64,000 nt of DNA from a virus: positions 1-64,000 of IMG/VR virus record IMGVR_UViG_3300042197_004116; one strand, written 5' to 3'. Shown here piece by piece: positions 20,704 to 33,773 of this stretch; position 1 is the first letter of the stretch; every line of letters begins with the position of its first letter. The notes under the pieces are model-generated. The model was not told the DNA's origin and made no database searches. It saw nothing but the letters and a program-made list of their open reading frames with translations. Made by a program: the position numbers and the translations under genes.

Positions 20704-23700
20704 ATGCCCACCCCTCTCTTTAATTACATTTACATTGATGTAAAAGACTACACAAACAGACCTTCGCTTTCTACTTATACCTTAGATATAACCCCTCTCT
20801 ATTTTTATCCTGATTTATCTACCTCTACAGTACTTTCTGGTGGTGCATACTTAGCAAATAAAAATGTTAAGTGGGATTTTGGAGACGGTACACAATCCTA
20901 TAGCATTACCGCTGAACATAGGTATAAATGGCCAGGTAAGTATAATGTTAATTTAACTGTTTATGATAGTAAAGGAAATTCATATGAAAATATTTTTGTA
21001 CCCAGGATAGATGTGTATAATGTAGTAGAAGATGATATTAATTTTAGAGATTACGGAAAATTTATTTATGATGTTCCTGCAAGTAAAATTATAGACCCTC
21101 TTGTAGTACAAAGAACAAACAGTTTTCAAACATATGAAGCATTATCAGGTGGTAGCTATACAGTATTCTTATACGCTTCTGGTGCACTAGGTAGTTATAT
21201 TGATTTGAACTCTTATTATAGTGACAAATATAGTCATTTAAGAAGTTTGTCAAGATTTTACGAAAAACAAATTATAGGCAACACTGAATCATTTACAATC
21301 GTTGATGCTGTAAGCACAATTGACACCAAAGTATTTGTTAGAATAGAAAATAATAGGCTTCAGCTATGCAAAGAGTCTGATCAAGGCTCTGTATTTGCAG
21401 GCACGACTGGTTATGCAGAAATTTATTATGTTGATGATAGAACTAAAAATTTCACTACAAGAGAAGCGCCAATTTTTGTTTTTGCATCTACTGATAGTTC
21501 AAAGTTTTATGATCAATATGTATACTTAAACAAAATTTATGAAAATGTAGAGCCACCACCTTACAGCTTTCAAACCAATAAAGTTGCAGTACAGCCTATT
21601 ATTAAAATACGACATAACCCTGCAAGTGAGCTATCAATTACAACAACAGGTATTGATGGTGAGGGCACTCTTAGCTCAACTAAATTTGATATTCCTAAAA
21701 TAAGCTGGCAGTTTACAGAAATTCCTTTTGTTATAAAAATGAAGGATAATGAAAATTATACCACCAGAACTTATCCAGAACTGTACTGCGGTAAAATAGA
21801 CAATATTAACCCCTCTATATCTACATTTAATTTAAGCCTAGACTTGGTAGGACCAAGCGGTAGGATAAGTGATGTTTACTTTAACAATGATTTTAGTAAT
21901 AGTATTCCTAGATCAATAGGTTCATTCTATAAAGGATATTTTGTACCTAAAACTTCATCTTTAAATTGTAAGCTAACAGCTGGTATGTTTATTATTGATC
22001 CTGTAAACTTTCCTAAGGATAGTTTGTTAGGGTGGATATGTGAACCAGACTACAAATTTTTAAAACGTATTTTTAGAACCGCTCTTTATGATACTTGTTT
22101 TGGATCAGTAACTTTCAATCTCTCTGGTAAGACAGGAGATTTTAGAACACCTAACAGTCCTAATTCATATTGCGTTTCAGTTGCACCTTCAGGAGCAGGG
22201 TTTGGTAACGACTACCAATCATGGGTAGGTGATGGGTTTGTAGATAGAATTTATAAAATAGATGTCTACGGTGAAGTTTTATCATCATACAACTTATCTG
22301 CATATCCAGTATCAGGTACTACATGGTCAGGACTTGTAGATTTAAGGTCACAGGAAATTTCAAGTGCTGCACCTAATAGTATTTGCTTAGATGGTAATAG
22401 TGATATATGGGTTTCACTATTTGATTCTGTATCAGCAATTAAATTGCAAGGGACAACCGGTATATGTTTAAGATCAGCATATCCTGATGCAATTAATATT
22501 GCTTATATTTTAAGTTCTACCTATACCTTACCTGAGTTGAGTGGATTCTCTGGTGAAAATTCTTTATTACCTGCTTCTATTGATACTGATCAACAGAATA
22601 ATTTGTGGGTAGCCTATACACACCCAGTGAGCAATTTTCTAGTAAAATATGATACCTATGGTACTATTCTAACTGCTGTTCCTTTACCAAGTTTAATTTC
22701 CCCAGTTGAACTTGTTGCAGATAGAGATGAATTTGTCTGGTTAACAGCCTTAAACAATTTAGTTAATCCTGTCAACATAAACGACAGAAATGATTTCTTG
22801 TACAAGTTCAACACATTTGGTAATATAGTTTCAGGATTTCCTCTTTCAGGGTTTAAATTAATTGGAAATATTACTGTTGATGGTAAACAAAACGCTTATG
22901 TAGCTCATTCACAAGAAACAATTACTAGAATTAAAAACGACACCGGTGAAAGAGTAGATTTTATAGCAGGGGCGGGTAACAACGATACAAATTATATTTG
23001 TAGTATAGGTGGTATAGCTAGTGATACTGGGGAATATATTTGGGCTATTAATAATTTTGATAATAGATTATACTTTTTTGATGTTATAAACATGAATGTA
23101 CCAGTATTAACAGCATCAACGTACATAGATCTTCTTTTTCCCTTAGATACAGACCCTACAAATCCTGTTTCAGGATTCTCTGAAAGAATCTTTCAAGCTT
23201 ATGGAGATTGGAATGGATCAAGATGGATTAACAAATACATGGTTCCATATACAGTAACTAGATATGTATCTGGTGAATCAGCATTATTCAATATTTTTGA
23301 AAACACGGGTGTATATAATATACAAAAAATAAATGAAGATTTTGATGCTAATTCTTTCTATAATAATTTAAGATATCAAGAAATATTAATAGATAGAAAA
23401 GCTTTTTTTGACGATTTTCTAGGCAATATAGTAGGCAAGAAGAATGCATTACCAGATTCACTAGGAAAAGTTGTATATGAAAAAATTTCTAATTTTACTA
23501 GTAATGTTGCAGATGTATTTACTTGCAATCTAGATCAGTTATTATCTTTTTGCTATGAATTAGGAGTACAGTTTGAGCAATATAATTACCCATTTCCACC
23601 AAAACTACAAAGGCTTGTTAATATGCTCAGTATCAAACACAAAAAACTATTTGGAGAACTTAACAAGTTTAATTTAGATTTTAATAAAAAATTTACAATT

Positions 23701-26397
23701 AATCCTAAAATAGGTAAAAATTTAGGTACAGAACTATCTATTGTTTCTTCTATTATAACCCCAGGGGTACCAATTATTGCCAAAGAATTGTTCTCAGATA
23801 CTTACAAATTAGTAAATTTCAATAATGTTTCACCTACAGATGTAAATGCTACTTATGGATTAACAGCCACTAAACCTTTAAGTACATTTGAATATAACTG
23901 GAAATGGGGATTAGTAGCACCAAGAAGCATATCAGGAATAGAAATTGCAAATTACTATAAATTTTATACATTTATATCCAATACAAACGAGTTTTTAGAA
24001 ATTTATAATAGTATAATCGATTTTAATAATCCTCAAAATCTTTTAAATTATTATGTCTCTTCTTATTCTGATTGGTCTAATAACAACGGTATAATGCAAA
24101 ATGTTCTTAGTTATTCTCTAACTGATGGCTTAGATTTATTTGTTGACCCTACAACTTTACCTACACCTACCCCGACTCCCATACCTTGTGGAGAAGTAAT
24201 TTCTATTGACGGTCAATCATTTGTCCCTAACTGCTTTAATGGTACATATACAGTTTTAAGCTCTGTTTCTTCTTTCAGATTCTATGTAAGCAGCAGTGAA
24301 TTTGTTGATATATTACATGCTTATGATATAAATAGTTTTCAAAATTGTTATTTGTCTGGATATAATTTTAATAACATGTTACCTTACGGGGACGACTTTA
24401 CATATATTTCAGATAACTTAATATTATCATCTGTTAATTCTTATTACTCACTTTTCTATGCAGGAACAGGTTCTTCTATAATAGAGTATCAAACCCTACA
24501 ATTTGCACCTACACCTACTCCTACGCCTACCCCTACTATTACCCCTACGCCTACTATTTCACCAACACCTACCATAACACCTACTCCTACACAAACTATC
24601 ACACCCACTCCTTCTCCTACACCTACTGCAACTCCTCAACCTACTGCAACACCTCAACCCACACCAACTTCTACACCAACAGTAACCCCAACTATAACAC
24701 CTACTCCAACTATTACACCTACACCCACTATAACTCCTACTCCAACCCCTACCATTACACCTACGCCAACTATTACTCCTACCCCAGGTCCTACCTCTAC
24801 CCCTACAGTGACTCCCACGAGAACACCCACACCTACACCCACACATACTCCAACTAGAACACCTACCCCCACTCCCACACCTTTATTACCTCTTTATTAT
24901 GATTCTGGTGATAACTATTCAACAACATGGACAACTGGTTCAAATGGTGGAGTAGGCTTCCAACCTTGGGTATTATATACAAGCGTTGGTGCAGGACAAG
25001 CAGGCTTCTTTATAGCTAATCCAACTTTAGTAGGTTATACAGGACTAGGTACTAAAGCATGGGGTATAAGTGCTTTCCCTTCTGGCACTCCTGGTAACTT
25101 TGCTGATGCTGAAAGACCGCTATTATTAACACCGCTAGGTACTGGTTGCGCTTTATCCGGTCAAGTTGGTGTATGGTTTGGTAATGGAAGCAAAGGATTA
25201 ACTGTTTATGCTAATAATGCGTTTGGTCCTGAAGATGCAATCCTTAACTTTAATGTAACTGGCAGTACAAGCTACTTTATACAAAATAGTGCTACAGGTT
25301 TTTCTTATTCTCCAAATTCAGTATTTGATTTCTTAGTCTACCAAGGTTCAAACTTTGTAGAATTGTATATAACCAGAGGAGGAACAACATTTAGCAAACG
25401 CGTCTCAGGATCTTCAAACGGTGGAGTAGGTGTTACTGGTATAAAATTCTATTGTAATAATACTGACAGTGATATTCCAGAAAATGCACTTTATATAAAC
25501 AATTTAGCTTATACTACACAACCACTTCCACCAACACCCACACCTACTAGCACTCCAACTATTACACCTACACCTACTAGAACCCCTACACCCACACCAA
25601 CAATATCTCCAACACCCACCAGCACTCCTACAATTACACCCACTCCAACCATTACCCCAACACCGACTATTTCACCAACACCAACTATAACACCTACACC
25701 AACTATAACACCTACACCAACACCATTTGGCGATGTAGCTAGTAATTATACTCTTGCTACTTGGATTAACGGGTCAAATGGCGGAACAGGTTTTGGTACA
25801 TGGAATCTTTTTGGTGAAAGCATATCAGACCCTGAAGCTGGTAAAAATATAACCACCACACCAGTAGTATTTGGTAATATAGGATCTACAGTTTTTGCCA
25901 TGTCAGGCGAAACTACTAGCTATATGAACGGCATTAGAAATCTAGGCTCAGTTTTAAATGTTAATAGCGTATTTTCATGTGAAATGGCTGTAAACTTCCG
26001 TAACGGCAATAAAGGTGTTGATCTACGCAACACACCTGGTGATACTATAGCCAACATTAATATTGGGGGAAATACTTTTACACTCTCTGCTGTTGGTATT
26101 CCATCTAGTATTGATTTAGGGTTAGCACCGTATAATTGGCAATATTATGCAAATTGTGTTATTGGTGTAAGTGCACAAAGAACCAATATTTCTAATACCT
26201 TTGCGTTATCAGTAGTACAATACTCAGGTGGCTCAATTGTCAATACACCATATATAGGTATATTAAATCTACAAAGTAATTTAGCAGGATTTAAATTCTA
26301 CTGTGGTGGTACTGATTTAAACCCAGGGTATGATCAAAGAAACAATGATTTATATTTTAATAGACTCTTTGTTACTTCTAGACCTCAACTATATTAA
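20704..26397 (+). CDS. Large baseplate protein: PKD domain, beta-propeller, gp7-like segment, Pro-Thr stalks and two tandem beta-sandwich domains
   Basis: VKWDFGDG...[15 protein letters not shown] (PKD); repeated D-x-x-x-N/D-x-W-V blades; PT tracts; duplicated NY...W..GSNGG.GF..W domain. Confidence 0.75.
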   Translation: MPTPLFNYIYIDVKDYTNRPSLSTYTLDITPLYFYPDLSTSTVLSGGAYLANKNVKWDFGDGTQSYSITAEHRYKWPGKYNVNLTVYDSKGNSYENIFVPRIDVYNVVEDDINFRDYGKFIYDVPASKIIDPLVVQRTNSFQTYEALSGGSYTVFLYASGALGSYIDLNSYYSDKYSHLRSLSRFYEKQIIGNTESFTIVDAVSTIDTKVFVRIENNRLQLCKESDQGSVFAGTTGYAEIYYVDDRTKNFTTREAPIFVFASTDSSKFYDQYVYLNKIYENVEPPPYSFQTNKVAVQPIIKIRHNPASELSITTTGIDGEGTLSSTKFDIPKISWQFTEIPFVIKMKDNENYTTRTYPELYCGKIDNINPSISTFNLSLDLVGPSGRISDVYFNNDFSNSIPRSIGSFYKGYFVPKTSSLNCKLTAGMFIIDPVNFPKDSLLGWICEPDYKFLKRIFRTALYDTCFGSVTFNLSGKTGDFRTPNSPNSYCVSVAPSGAGFGNDYQSWVGDGFVDRIYKIDVYGEVLSSYNLSAYPVSGTTWSGLVDLRSQEISSAAPNSICLDGNSDIWVSLFDSVSAIKLQGTTGICLRSAYPDAINIAYILSSTYTLPELSGFSGENSLLPASIDTDQQNNLWVAYTHPVSNFLVKYDTYGTILTAVPLPSLISPVELVADRDEFVWLTALNNLVNPVNINDRNDFLYKFNTFGNIVSGFPLSGFKLIGNITVDGKQNAYVAHSQETITRIKNDTGERVDFIAGAGNNDTNYICSIGGIASDTGEYIWAINNFDNRLYFFDVINMNVPVLTASTYIDLLFPLDTDPTNPVSGFSERIFQAYGDWNGSRWINKYMVPYTVTRYVSGESALFNIFENTGVYNIQKINEDFDANSFYNNLRYQEILIDRKAFFDDFLGNIVGKKNALPDSLGKVVYEKISNFTSNVADVFTCNLDQLLSFCYELGVQFEQYNYPFPPKLQRLVNMLSIKHKKLFGELNKFNLDFNKKFTINPKIGKNLGTELSIVSSIITPGVPIIAKELFSDTYKLVNFNNVSPTDVNATYGLTATKPLSTFEYNWKWGLVAPRSISGIEIANYYKFYTFISNTNEFLEIYNSIIDFNNPQNLLNYYVSSYSDWSNNNGIMQNVLSYSLTDGLDLFVDPTTLPTPTPTPIPCGEVISIDGQSFVPNCFNGTYTVLSSVSSFRFYVSSSEFVDILHAYDINSFQNCYLSGYNFNNMLPYGDDFTYISDNLILSSVNSYYSLFYAGTGSSIIEYQTLQFAPTPTPTPTPTITPTPTISPTPTITPTPTQTITPTPSPTPTATPQPTATPQPTPTSTPTVTPTITPTPTITPTPTITPTPTPTITPTPTITPTPGPTSTPTVTPTRTPTPTPTHTPTRTPTPTPTPLLPLYYDSGDNYSTTWTTGSNGGVGFQPWVLYTSVGAGQAGFFIANPTLVGYTGLGTKAWGISAFPSGTPGNFADAERPLLLTPLGTGCALSGQVGVWFGNGSKGLTVYANNAFGPEDAILNFNVTGSTSYFIQNSATGFSYSPNSVFDFLVYQGSNFVELYITRGGTTFSKRVSGSSNGGVGVTGIKFYCNNTDSDIPENALYINNLAYTTQPLPPTPTPTSTPTITPTPTRTPTPTPTISPTPTSTPTITPTPTITPTPTISPTPTITPTPTITPTPTPFGDVASNYTLATWINGSNGGTGFGTWNLFGESISDPEAGKNITTTPVVFGNIGSTVFAMSGETTSYMNGIRNLGSVLNVNSVFSCEMAVNFRNGNKGVDLRNTPGDTIANINIGGNTFTLSAVGIPSSIDLGLAPYNWQYYANCVIGVSAQRTNISNTFALSVVQYSGGSIVNTPYIGILNLQSNLAGFKFYCGGTDLNPGYDQRNNDLYFNRLFVTSRPQLY
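24507..24880 (+). repeat. Pro-Thr coding tract (about 120 aa)
   Basis: [13 protein letters not shown]...; codons are degenerate. Confidence 0.95.
25522..25723 (+). repeat. Pro-Thr coding tract, including an 18-nt perfect tandem at 25681-25716
   Basis: ccaactataacacctaca x2 within the PT run. Confidence 0.9.
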
Positions 26398-26433
26398 AAC
26401 TTTGTAATATATTAATTTAAATTAAATACTTTA

Positions 26434-29400
26434 ATGGCTAATATTACCAGGTTTATAGATGAAAAGCTTCCTAATTCTATAACATCTACAAATACTGATT
26501 TATTAGATAAAAATCACCCTTTTTCTTTTGTTAGATGGATAGAATACAATAAAATCTTATTTACGGACATATCCGATTTATTAACTAGGTATAAAATATA
26601 TGTACAAAACTGGTATAAACAAAAAGAGGAAGTACCTGTAGCTGATTATATAGAAGTTAGAGATCTCTATATCAATCTCTTAAATGAAATTATAATAAAT
26701 TACTCTACTGCTGATGAGAGAAGGTTTTTAAAGAATATAGATACAAGTGATAAAAGAGATTTAGCAGTAGCAGTACCTTTCTTTTCTGAAAAGATTAAAG
26801 ATATTTGCTTATATTATTCCACTTTAAGAGATAAACTACCTAACACAGTTGTTGAGTATAATTTAAAAGGAAGTAATTTTGGACTACAGAGTTTAATTTA
26901 TAATGAAATTTCAAAAGCGTTGGAAGCACAAGATCTAACAGATTTAATTAAATCACTCAACCTGTCAGTTTCTGCTGTTAGAAACAACACTACCATTGAA
27001 ATAGAAGAGTTTTATGATGAAACCAGAAACTATCTAGACCTTGGAACTCTACCTCCCTCGGCTTATGGTGTTGATACCGGAACACGTAAAGAGTTTTACA
27101 ATATTAATACTTACGATATACAGCCTGACCTGTTTATAGATTTTGATAGAGAAATTATAGATGCAATTAAAGCATACCCGTTTTACCTTATAGAATTAGG
27201 AGATAATAATTTTAGTGTAAATGTAACTACTACAAGCAATGATTTACAATTTTTAAAAGACAAAGATTTTCAAAACTTAATTAACAATAATGATAGAAAC
27301 AATCTTTCATTAAACTTACAATCTGAACTTACTCAAAAATATATGGGTACAGATTTTTACTACATCTCTACTGGTAGTACAGGCAATGAATATGTTTCAG
27401 GTCTTTTATTTGAAGCAGATAGTCCTTTTGCAAACTATTTAAATAAAAACACCCCTACTGTAGCTGCCATAGTAAATGAACAAAATACTAAATCTCCTGA
27501 GCAAATAGGATTATTCTTTAAACCAGATAAGATAGGCCTTTTAACATTTGCAAATTTTAGCTTTACGTACTCTCTCAGTACAGAAAATTTATCTAGCAAT
27601 TCTCTTTATATTTTTCCTGATCCTAATTTATATGGTAAGGTATCAGGTGGTACAAGACAAGAGCAACCTTCTCCACTAACTTTTACTTCTGATAATAATG
27701 CAGTAAAATATGATTTAGCTGATGGATATAAATTTGGTGAAGTTGTTTCTGATCCATTATTACCAACATATAGAGGGTATCAAAGCAGAGAACAAACATT
27801 ACTCTATTCTAATCAAGGGGTTTCAAGATATATAGATCCTCAAGACTTTTTTACAGGCATTAAGAAAAACTTATGGGCTAACCCAGATGTTTACCCTCTT
27901 ATTCCAGAAATAGAATTTCCATTAGATAAAAGAATACAAACTCTTTTACCTCTTAATAATAAGACGTTAGTTCAACACAAAAGTGATATTTACGGAAATG
28001 ATTATGGGTTATATAAGATTATTGCCCCTCCAGTAGACACTATTAAATCTGTAGATGCATTAGAGGAAGCTATAAGACTCTCCTACTACAATTGCTTGAT
28101 AGTGGATGGTTATAAGTTTTTTGACCCTGTTTACGGTTATAATTTTGATTTTGTGAATAATGTACCTGGAGAAGGGTATACATATACAGGTGTAATCTTG
28201 AGAACATCTACTGCAGTACCTCCTGGCACAGGCTACTATCTTTTTGGATCTAATCTTTGGACACCCTCACCATTAAGTGCTTCTCTCTACAATAATGGAG
28301 TACCTAGCTTCTTAACTCCTATTCCTACTGTCATAGCCTCTTACGGTATGAGCGTTGAATCATTTTGTAAAGACTATCTTAAATCAAGTTTTGTATGTAA
28401 TATAAGAGATGGATTTACTTTTGTATCTTCTGCATCTAGCTTATTGCCAGATTTTCCCTCAGATAATATTGAATTTAATTCTAATATTCAGGTTTATTAT
28501 GATATTTTAGCTGATGCAGGTTTAAACCCTCAGGGCCCTAGTTATAGAGCTAACAATGCATTTGAAGGTACATTTATCTTTCCACCACCTTTAAGTACTA
28601 CTGTTTATGATTGTAGTTATTTTGTCGTAAGTAGTTTTTCTGAAGTTGATGAGCCTTGTGATGATAGTTTTGTTAATAAGTCAAGTCTATTCTTAAGCAA
28701 TTATTATGATAACAGAATTTTTAACTTTAGTATGACAGAACCTGATTTAACACCCTATCCAAACGTACCTAAAAAGACTATCTACCAAGTACGTAATAGT
28801 GGGTATGGTGATTTTTATTTCAGAAATTCAAATTCTTCTATTGTTGCACCAGTATCCTCTGCGCTTTCTGCTACTTTTATAAAATATAATAACACGGTTA
28901 AGAATGAAATCTTTACCAAGCTAATAAACTTTGATATGTATTATGATACCGTTCTATATGAAACTGAAAACTTTGTAATATTTGACAGATTTAGCTTTAA
29001 TTATGATACTAATACTATTGAACCTTCTCCTTTTAATGACCTGTATGTAGAAAGGGGAGGTAATAAACAGTTTGAAAAACTATCTACAGTTTGGTTTAAT
29101 GAGAAAAATAATGAATTAATTTTTGCTAAAACAACCCTTTACTACTTGAACAGCACCACTAACTTTAAGATTGTATATCCAACAGTATACTCCTTTGATT
29201 TAAGTAAAAGCACATTAAAGAAAATCTACCCAACCAACGCTCTTAGCTTAGAGGAACTAATGTCATTTAGCTTATCTGGAACAAATCTTAATATTGATTT
29301 TACCCATATTGATAAGCCTATTATTACCTATAGTAGTGATACTAATCTTTACACTCTAACCTATGTGGCTAGAGATACTTCTGACTTATTCTATATCTTT

Positions 29401-29586
29401 ATTACTACCTTCAAATATTTAAATGGGGTATTAAGTAACATAAGAAATATTATGTATAAACCGGATATAGATATTATTCATAATAATTTTAGTAACCCAG
29501 AAGGTTTCTTTAACTATAACACCTATAACATAGCTGGTAGTAGTGCAGGAACAGTAGCGGAGGGCGAGTTTATCTTCGCAATTTAA
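26434..29586 (+). CDS. Large baseplate-associated structural protein
   Basis: TAAATA-N5-ATG; YNLKGSNFGL resembles the gp7/P2-gpI motif; beta-rich C-terminus. Confidence 0.6.
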   Translation: MANITRFIDEKLPNSITSTNTDLLDKNHPFSFVRWIEYNKILFTDISDLLTRYKIYVQNWYKQKEEVPVADYIEVRDLYINLLNEIIINYSTADERRFLKNIDTSDKRDLAVAVPFFSEKIKDICLYYSTLRDKLPNTVVEYNLKGSNFGLQSLIYNEISKALEAQDLTDLIKSLNLSVSAVRNNTTIEIEEFYDETRNYLDLGTLPPSAYGVDTGTRKEFYNINTYDIQPDLFIDFDREIIDAIKAYPFYLIELGDNNFSVNVTTTSNDLQFLKDKDFQNLINNNDRNNLSLNLQSELTQKYMGTDFYYISTGSTGNEYVSGLLFEADSPFANYLNKNTPTVAAIVNEQNTKSPEQIGLFFKPDKIGLLTFANFSFTYSLSTENLSSNSLYIFPDPNLYGKVSGGTRQEQPSPLTFTSDNNAVKYDLADGYKFGEVVSDPLLPTYRGYQSREQTLLYSNQGVSRYIDPQDFFTGIKKNLWANPDVYPLIPEIEFPLDKRIQTLLPLNNKTLVQHKSDIYGNDYGLYKIIAPPVDTIKSVDALEEAIRLSYYNCLIVDGYKFFDPVYGYNFDFVNNVPGEGYTYTGVILRTSTAVPPGTGYYLFGSNLWTPSPLSASLYNNGVPSFLTPIPTVIASYGMSVESFCKDYLKSSFVCNIRDGFTFVSSASSLLPDFPSDNIEFNSNIQVYYDILADAGLNPQGPSYRANNAFEGTFIFPPPLSTTVYDCSYFVVSSFSEVDEPCDDSFVNKSSLFLSNYYDNRIFNFSMTEPDLTPYPNVPKKTIYQVRNSGYGDFYFRNSNSSIVAPVSSALSATFIKYNNTVKNEIFTKLINFDMYYDTVLYETENFVIFDRFSFNYDTNTIEPSPFNDLYVERGGNKQFEKLSTVWFNEKNNELIFAKTTLYYLNSTTNFKIVYPTVYSFDLSKSTLKKIYPTNALSLEELMSFSLSGTNLNIDFTHIDKPIITYSSDTNLYTLTYVARDTSDLFYIFITTFKYLNGVLSNIRNIMYKPDIDIIHNNFSNPEGFFNYNTYNIAGSSAGTVAEGEFIFAI

Positions 29587-29588
29587 TT

Positions 29589-32500
29589 ATGGCATTTGTA
29601 TTAGCAGCAACAAACACCTTTTCAACCGGGTTAACCTCAGTATCAGCTTTCTTTTTACCTACAGGTCATGGGACAGGTAACCATATAAATTTTCTCTCAG
29701 GTACAGAATATTTTACAACAGGCAATCAATATACTGTTGGTAACTCATTGTATATAGAAGATACTTCTCCCAAGATTAACGATGTTTTAAATATTTACTA
29801 TGGTCTTTTTTCTCGTGGTAGTGATTCCTTAGCACAGACTATTAATTTTGGTCTTTTCCCTCAACTTTCAGGCATAGGAGCAGAAGGTGTACAAAATGTA
29901 CAGATAGTAGATTTGAGAAGCAATCCCCGATTTAGAAATTACACTGGATGGGGTGGCGGGGGACTTAAAACCTTATTAATCGACAACCTGCAAAACATAC
30001 AAGGTATTGATACAAGACAAAGTCAAGTAAGAGAAATTAATTTATCAGGAACAGTTGCAGGCAGTATTAATGTAAGTGATTCACAATTATCTGCTTTTTC
30101 TATGTCAGGGTTTATTACAAATATGTATGCTGGTATGAATTTGTGGAATGCCAGGTATGTTGATTTTAAAGACTGTTCAGTTTCCTTTTTAACAGGAGTA
30201 AACGTTTTAAGTTTTAATAGATGGAACAATTTTTCAGGTATTACTAATAGACGGTTAACATCTGTTAACCTAACAGGCCCTCTAAGCTCAATTACAAGAT
30301 TAAGTGTAGCTCAAAACCAACTTACATCTGTTGAAATACCTTTTCTACCAACTCTTAAAGACTTATATCTAGGAGATGTTGGCTTAAGAATAGAAGGATG
30401 CCCACCAACAGCTCAAAACACTCTACCAGCTAATAAAATTATTTTTAATTCACTTACAGGGGTAGAAACTCTTGAATTAGCAGGTATTGGACCTATGAGC
30501 GGTATAAACTGTATCACTGGTATTAGCCAGCTTTCAAGTTTAAAAACTCTAGACATCAGTCGTAATTATGAAACAATTGGTGGGGTAAGTTTTAGGGATT
30601 TAGATTTATTTGAAATACCAAGTAGACAACTTTATTACTTGATAGCTACTGACAACTATAACTTAACTGCAATTAATTTTGGTTCACATACCTTTGATAT
30701 TACTAATTCATATATATCGCTTAACAATAATTTCAATCTCCCGTCCCTAAATTTATCACCTCTTACAGGTGTACATTCAATAGATATAACAGGATGTTCG
30801 CTTTTAAACGAAAGTAACATAACATGGCCTTCACCTATCAATAAGGTTACTTCTCTTTATTGCACTAACACAGATATAAGAAATTTAGATACAACACTCA
30901 TACCTTTAAATTTAATAATTTTCTCTTATACAGGCTCCGGTTTACTTTCATCTCTCAATCTTGATCAATGCTCAAGAATGCTTTTCTTTACTCTAATAAA
31001 TTCAGGTGTAGAAACACTAAGTCTCTCTAGCTTATCAGCAGCCCAAGATTTTACATTAGACAATAATGATAAACTATTAAACTTAGATTTTTTAAAAAAT
31101 ATAGGTCTTACTAAACTTAGACTTACAAACCATAACGCCCTCTCCGCTCTAACTAATACCAGTTCATTAACATCTTTACAAGAATTAATTATCACAGGCA
31201 ATGGAAAGATAGGCACTATTGATTTAAAGGGATTAAGTGCTCTAAAAACACTAACAATTACTACAAATACACTTCTCTCTTCACTAGATACTGATTTTAG
31301 ATTTCCTAACCTAACTGGCATTAACTGGCAAGCAGATAATCCTAGCCTTTCAACAATTGAAATTAAAAACTCTCCACTTTTTAGAGAAGTAGATATAAGA
31401 ACAAATGCCCACTATTTAAATTTTGATAACAACCCTCAATTACGCAATTTATATATAAATCAAACTTCTCTTTCAAGGTTAAGCTCTTTCAATATAATTA
31501 ATGCACCTTCTTTACTTGGTATAAGAATTAATCCTGGTATTACACTTGCTTTTAATACTGAAACATTTGACTCGCTTTCATTGACAAGCACAAACCTAGT
31601 AAGAAGTGTACGTACCAACTCTACTGCTCTTACTAGCTTAAAATTTTTAAACGAAACACCAGCCATACAAGAACTTTCTGTAACTAATGATTCTTTTATA
31701 AACAGAAATATAGTAAGTAATATTTCAGAAACTACTAAACCCGCATTAACAAGTATATTATTTTCTACAGCACCAAACATAGCTAATATTGATAATATTA
31801 ATTTTGCTAACCTAACTAATTTAAAATCAGTAACATTTTCAAACTGTGGCTTATCCTCAATAAATCATATTTTACAAAATTTACAGAATAAGGATCAAAT
31901 CACTGAATTAGTTTTTAGCAGTAATAATATAGGTCAAAACCAAGGCTTAAATCTCTCAGTTAATGGCTATCTTTTATCTTCTTATAGTAGATTACAAACA
32001 TTAAATTTTCAAAGCAATAGAGGCAGTTATGTTGATTGGGATTCAGTAATTTATGGGTTATGTGCTAATTCTGACTTTGGAAGATTTGGAAGCTGTACAA
32101 TTAATACTGCAGGTGGAACTCAAAGAAATACAACTCGATCAAGAGCAACTAATGCAGAATATTTTACTCTAACCGGTAGATTTGCACAATACGGCAATGG
32201 ATTAAATGCAGGTTCAGGTAATATTACCCCTTCTGTAAGAGCTAGACCTACATTAAACAGCTCTTCACCCCTTTCAATACAATACACACAAACAGGGGCA
32301 GTAATACCAGATGCAAGGTATTTAAATAAGCCAGTAACAACCTACACTAGAGTCGTAAGTGGACCCGGTGTACTTGTTTCTCCAACAATAGTACAAGCAA
32401 CTTCTTCTAACGGTACTATTACAGTACTTTTAAGTACTATTAATGATAATATTGACCTAACACAAAATAATGGATTTTTTACAGGCTATTATGCTTCTGT

Positions 32501-33773
32501 TTCATCTTACGTTCACATACCTCTCACCAAATTAGATATATCTAACAGTATTTCCTTTACCGGTCTTAACAGAGTATACTCCGGCGGAGTAGTACCTGCA
32601 TCTTCTTTTGCTGTCGGTTATCCTTCACTCACGATAAACAACTATTATTTTTATGAAAATGATCTTACAACACCTGTTTCACCAATCAACGCAGGCTTTT
32701 ATACAGTAAGCGCAGTAATAGTGGATGATTTATATGAAGGTTCAGCTACCGCCCAACTTTCAGTATTAGACCCTACTAATTATTATACCTACCCTGCTTC
32801 TGCTACCAGCAGTACAATTTATTTTAATAAGTTCTGTGATACTAATAATGATATTGTGGTTTCTTTTGACTATGCATGCTTTGGTCAAGAATTAACTGGC
32901 ACAGAAGGCTTCTGTGTTATGTTTGGAGATAATACACAATTCTTTACCCCCATCTCTGGTGGAGGAGCAGGAAGAGCGTTAGGCTATACTTACCTTAACT
33001 TACTATCAGTAGATAATGGTTTCTTTTCTTTTATAAGCAACCCTGAGAGATATAAAGGGGTATTAGGAATAGGGTTTGATTTAGCAGGTAATTATGGTGT
33101 TTCAGGACTAGGAATAGAAGGATTTTCAGACCGCAAAGAAAATAGTATTTGTATAAGAAGCCAGTATTTAAGTAGCTTTAAACCATACTACCGTTCTGAA
33201 AATCTTTCAGTTTCAGGGTTTAAATTATACCAATATAATCCAGATCCTATTATCTACCCTGTTGAATATAAATCAGTAAGAGTAAGAGCTACAAATTTTG
33301 GTAAACAAATTATTGTTGACTTAAAGAAAAAAGAAGAAACTGAATATACCAATTATGTTAATGCTACTCTACCAGCTAATTTACCAGAAATTGTAAATGT
33401 AGGTTTAAACTTTAGTTCAGGTTCTAATAATCCTACATTCCGTATTAAAAACTTTAATTTAAATTGCTTCCAAAGAGCAGTTACCGCCACTCCTTTTGAC
33501 TTGTTTAATTGTTATTACCTTGGACCAGGTGTAGTAGGTGGTGGAGGTATTACCTTTACCACAGAATACAGTTATTATTTCTTCCACAGCTGTAGTGTGG
33601 TAACCGGATTACCTGCTTCTATGGATTTGTATGTTGATAACGTGTTTATTGGAAATGTACTATATGATTCTTCTTTTATTGGAGCTAAATTTGCCTTATT
33701 AAACAAAGATGCCACTGTATATGAAACTATATACGGTAACTTCTTAAGTGGAGCTAATTATCTGTATGGTTAA
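29589..33773 (+). CDS. Leucine-rich-repeat protein with an MBG/Ig-like segment and a C-terminal L-type lectin-like domain (putative receptor-binding or decoration protein)
   Basis: Many LxxLxLxxN repeats; [13 protein letters not shown] (MBG-like); GTEGFCVMF...[10 protein letters not shown]...LGIGFD (legume-lectin-like). Confidence 0.75.
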   Translation: MAFVLAATNTFSTGLTSVSAFFLPTGHGTGNHINFLSGTEYFTTGNQYTVGNSLYIEDTSPKINDVLNIYYGLFSRGSDSLAQTINFGLFPQLSGIGAEGVQNVQIVDLRSNPRFRNYTGWGGGGLKTLLIDNLQNIQGIDTRQSQVREINLSGTVAGSINVSDSQLSAFSMSGFITNMYAGMNLWNARYVDFKDCSVSFLTGVNVLSFNRWNNFSGITNRRLTSVNLTGPLSSITRLSVAQNQLTSVEIPFLPTLKDLYLGDVGLRIEGCPPTAQNTLPANKIIFNSLTGVETLELAGIGPMSGINCITGISQLSSLKTLDISRNYETIGGVSFRDLDLFEIPSRQLYYLIATDNYNLTAINFGSHTFDITNSYISLNNNFNLPSLNLSPLTGVHSIDITGCSLLNESNITWPSPINKVTSLYCTNTDIRNLDTTLIPLNLIIFSYTGSGLLSSLNLDQCSRMLFFTLINSGVETLSLSSLSAAQDFTLDNNDKLLNLDFLKNIGLTKLRLTNHNALSALTNTSSLTSLQELIITGNGKIGTIDLKGLSALKTLTITTNTLLSSLDTDFRFPNLTGINWQADNPSLSTIEIKNSPLFREVDIRTNAHYLNFDNNPQLRNLYINQTSLSRLSSFNIINAPSLLGIRINPGITLAFNTETFDSLSLTSTNLVRSVRTNSTALTSLKFLNETPAIQELSVTNDSFINRNIVSNISETTKPALTSILFSTAPNIANIDNINFANLTNLKSVTFSNCGLSSINHILQNLQNKDQITELVFSSNNIGQNQGLNLSVNGYLLSSYSRLQTLNFQSNRGSYVDWDSVIYGLCANSDFGRFGSCTINTAGGTQRNTTRSRATNAEYFTLTGRFAQYGNGLNAGSGNITPSVRARPTLNSSSPLSIQYTQTGAVIPDARYLNKPVTTYTRVVSGPGVLVSPTIVQATSSNGTITVLLSTINDNIDLTQNNGFFTGYYASVSSYVHIPLTKLDISNSISFTGLNRVYSGGVVPASSFAVGYPSLTINNYYFYENDLTTPVSPINAGFYTVSAVIVDDLYEGSATAQLSVLDPTNYYTYPASATSSTIYFNKFCDTNNDIVVSFDYACFGQELTGTEGFCVMFGDNTQFFTPISGGGAGRALGYTYLNLLSVDNGFFSFISNPERYKGVLGIGFDLAGNYGVSGLGIEGFSDRKENSICIRSQYLSSFKPYYRSENLSVSGFKLYQYNPDPIIYPVEYKSVRVRATNFGKQIIVDLKKKEETEYTNYVNATLPANLPEIVNVGLNFSSGSNNPTFRIKNFNLNCFQRAVTATPFDLFNCYYLGPGVVGGGGITFTTEYSYYFFHSCSVVTGLPASMDLYVDNVFIGNVLYDSSFIGAKFALLNKDATVYETIYGNFLSGANYLYG

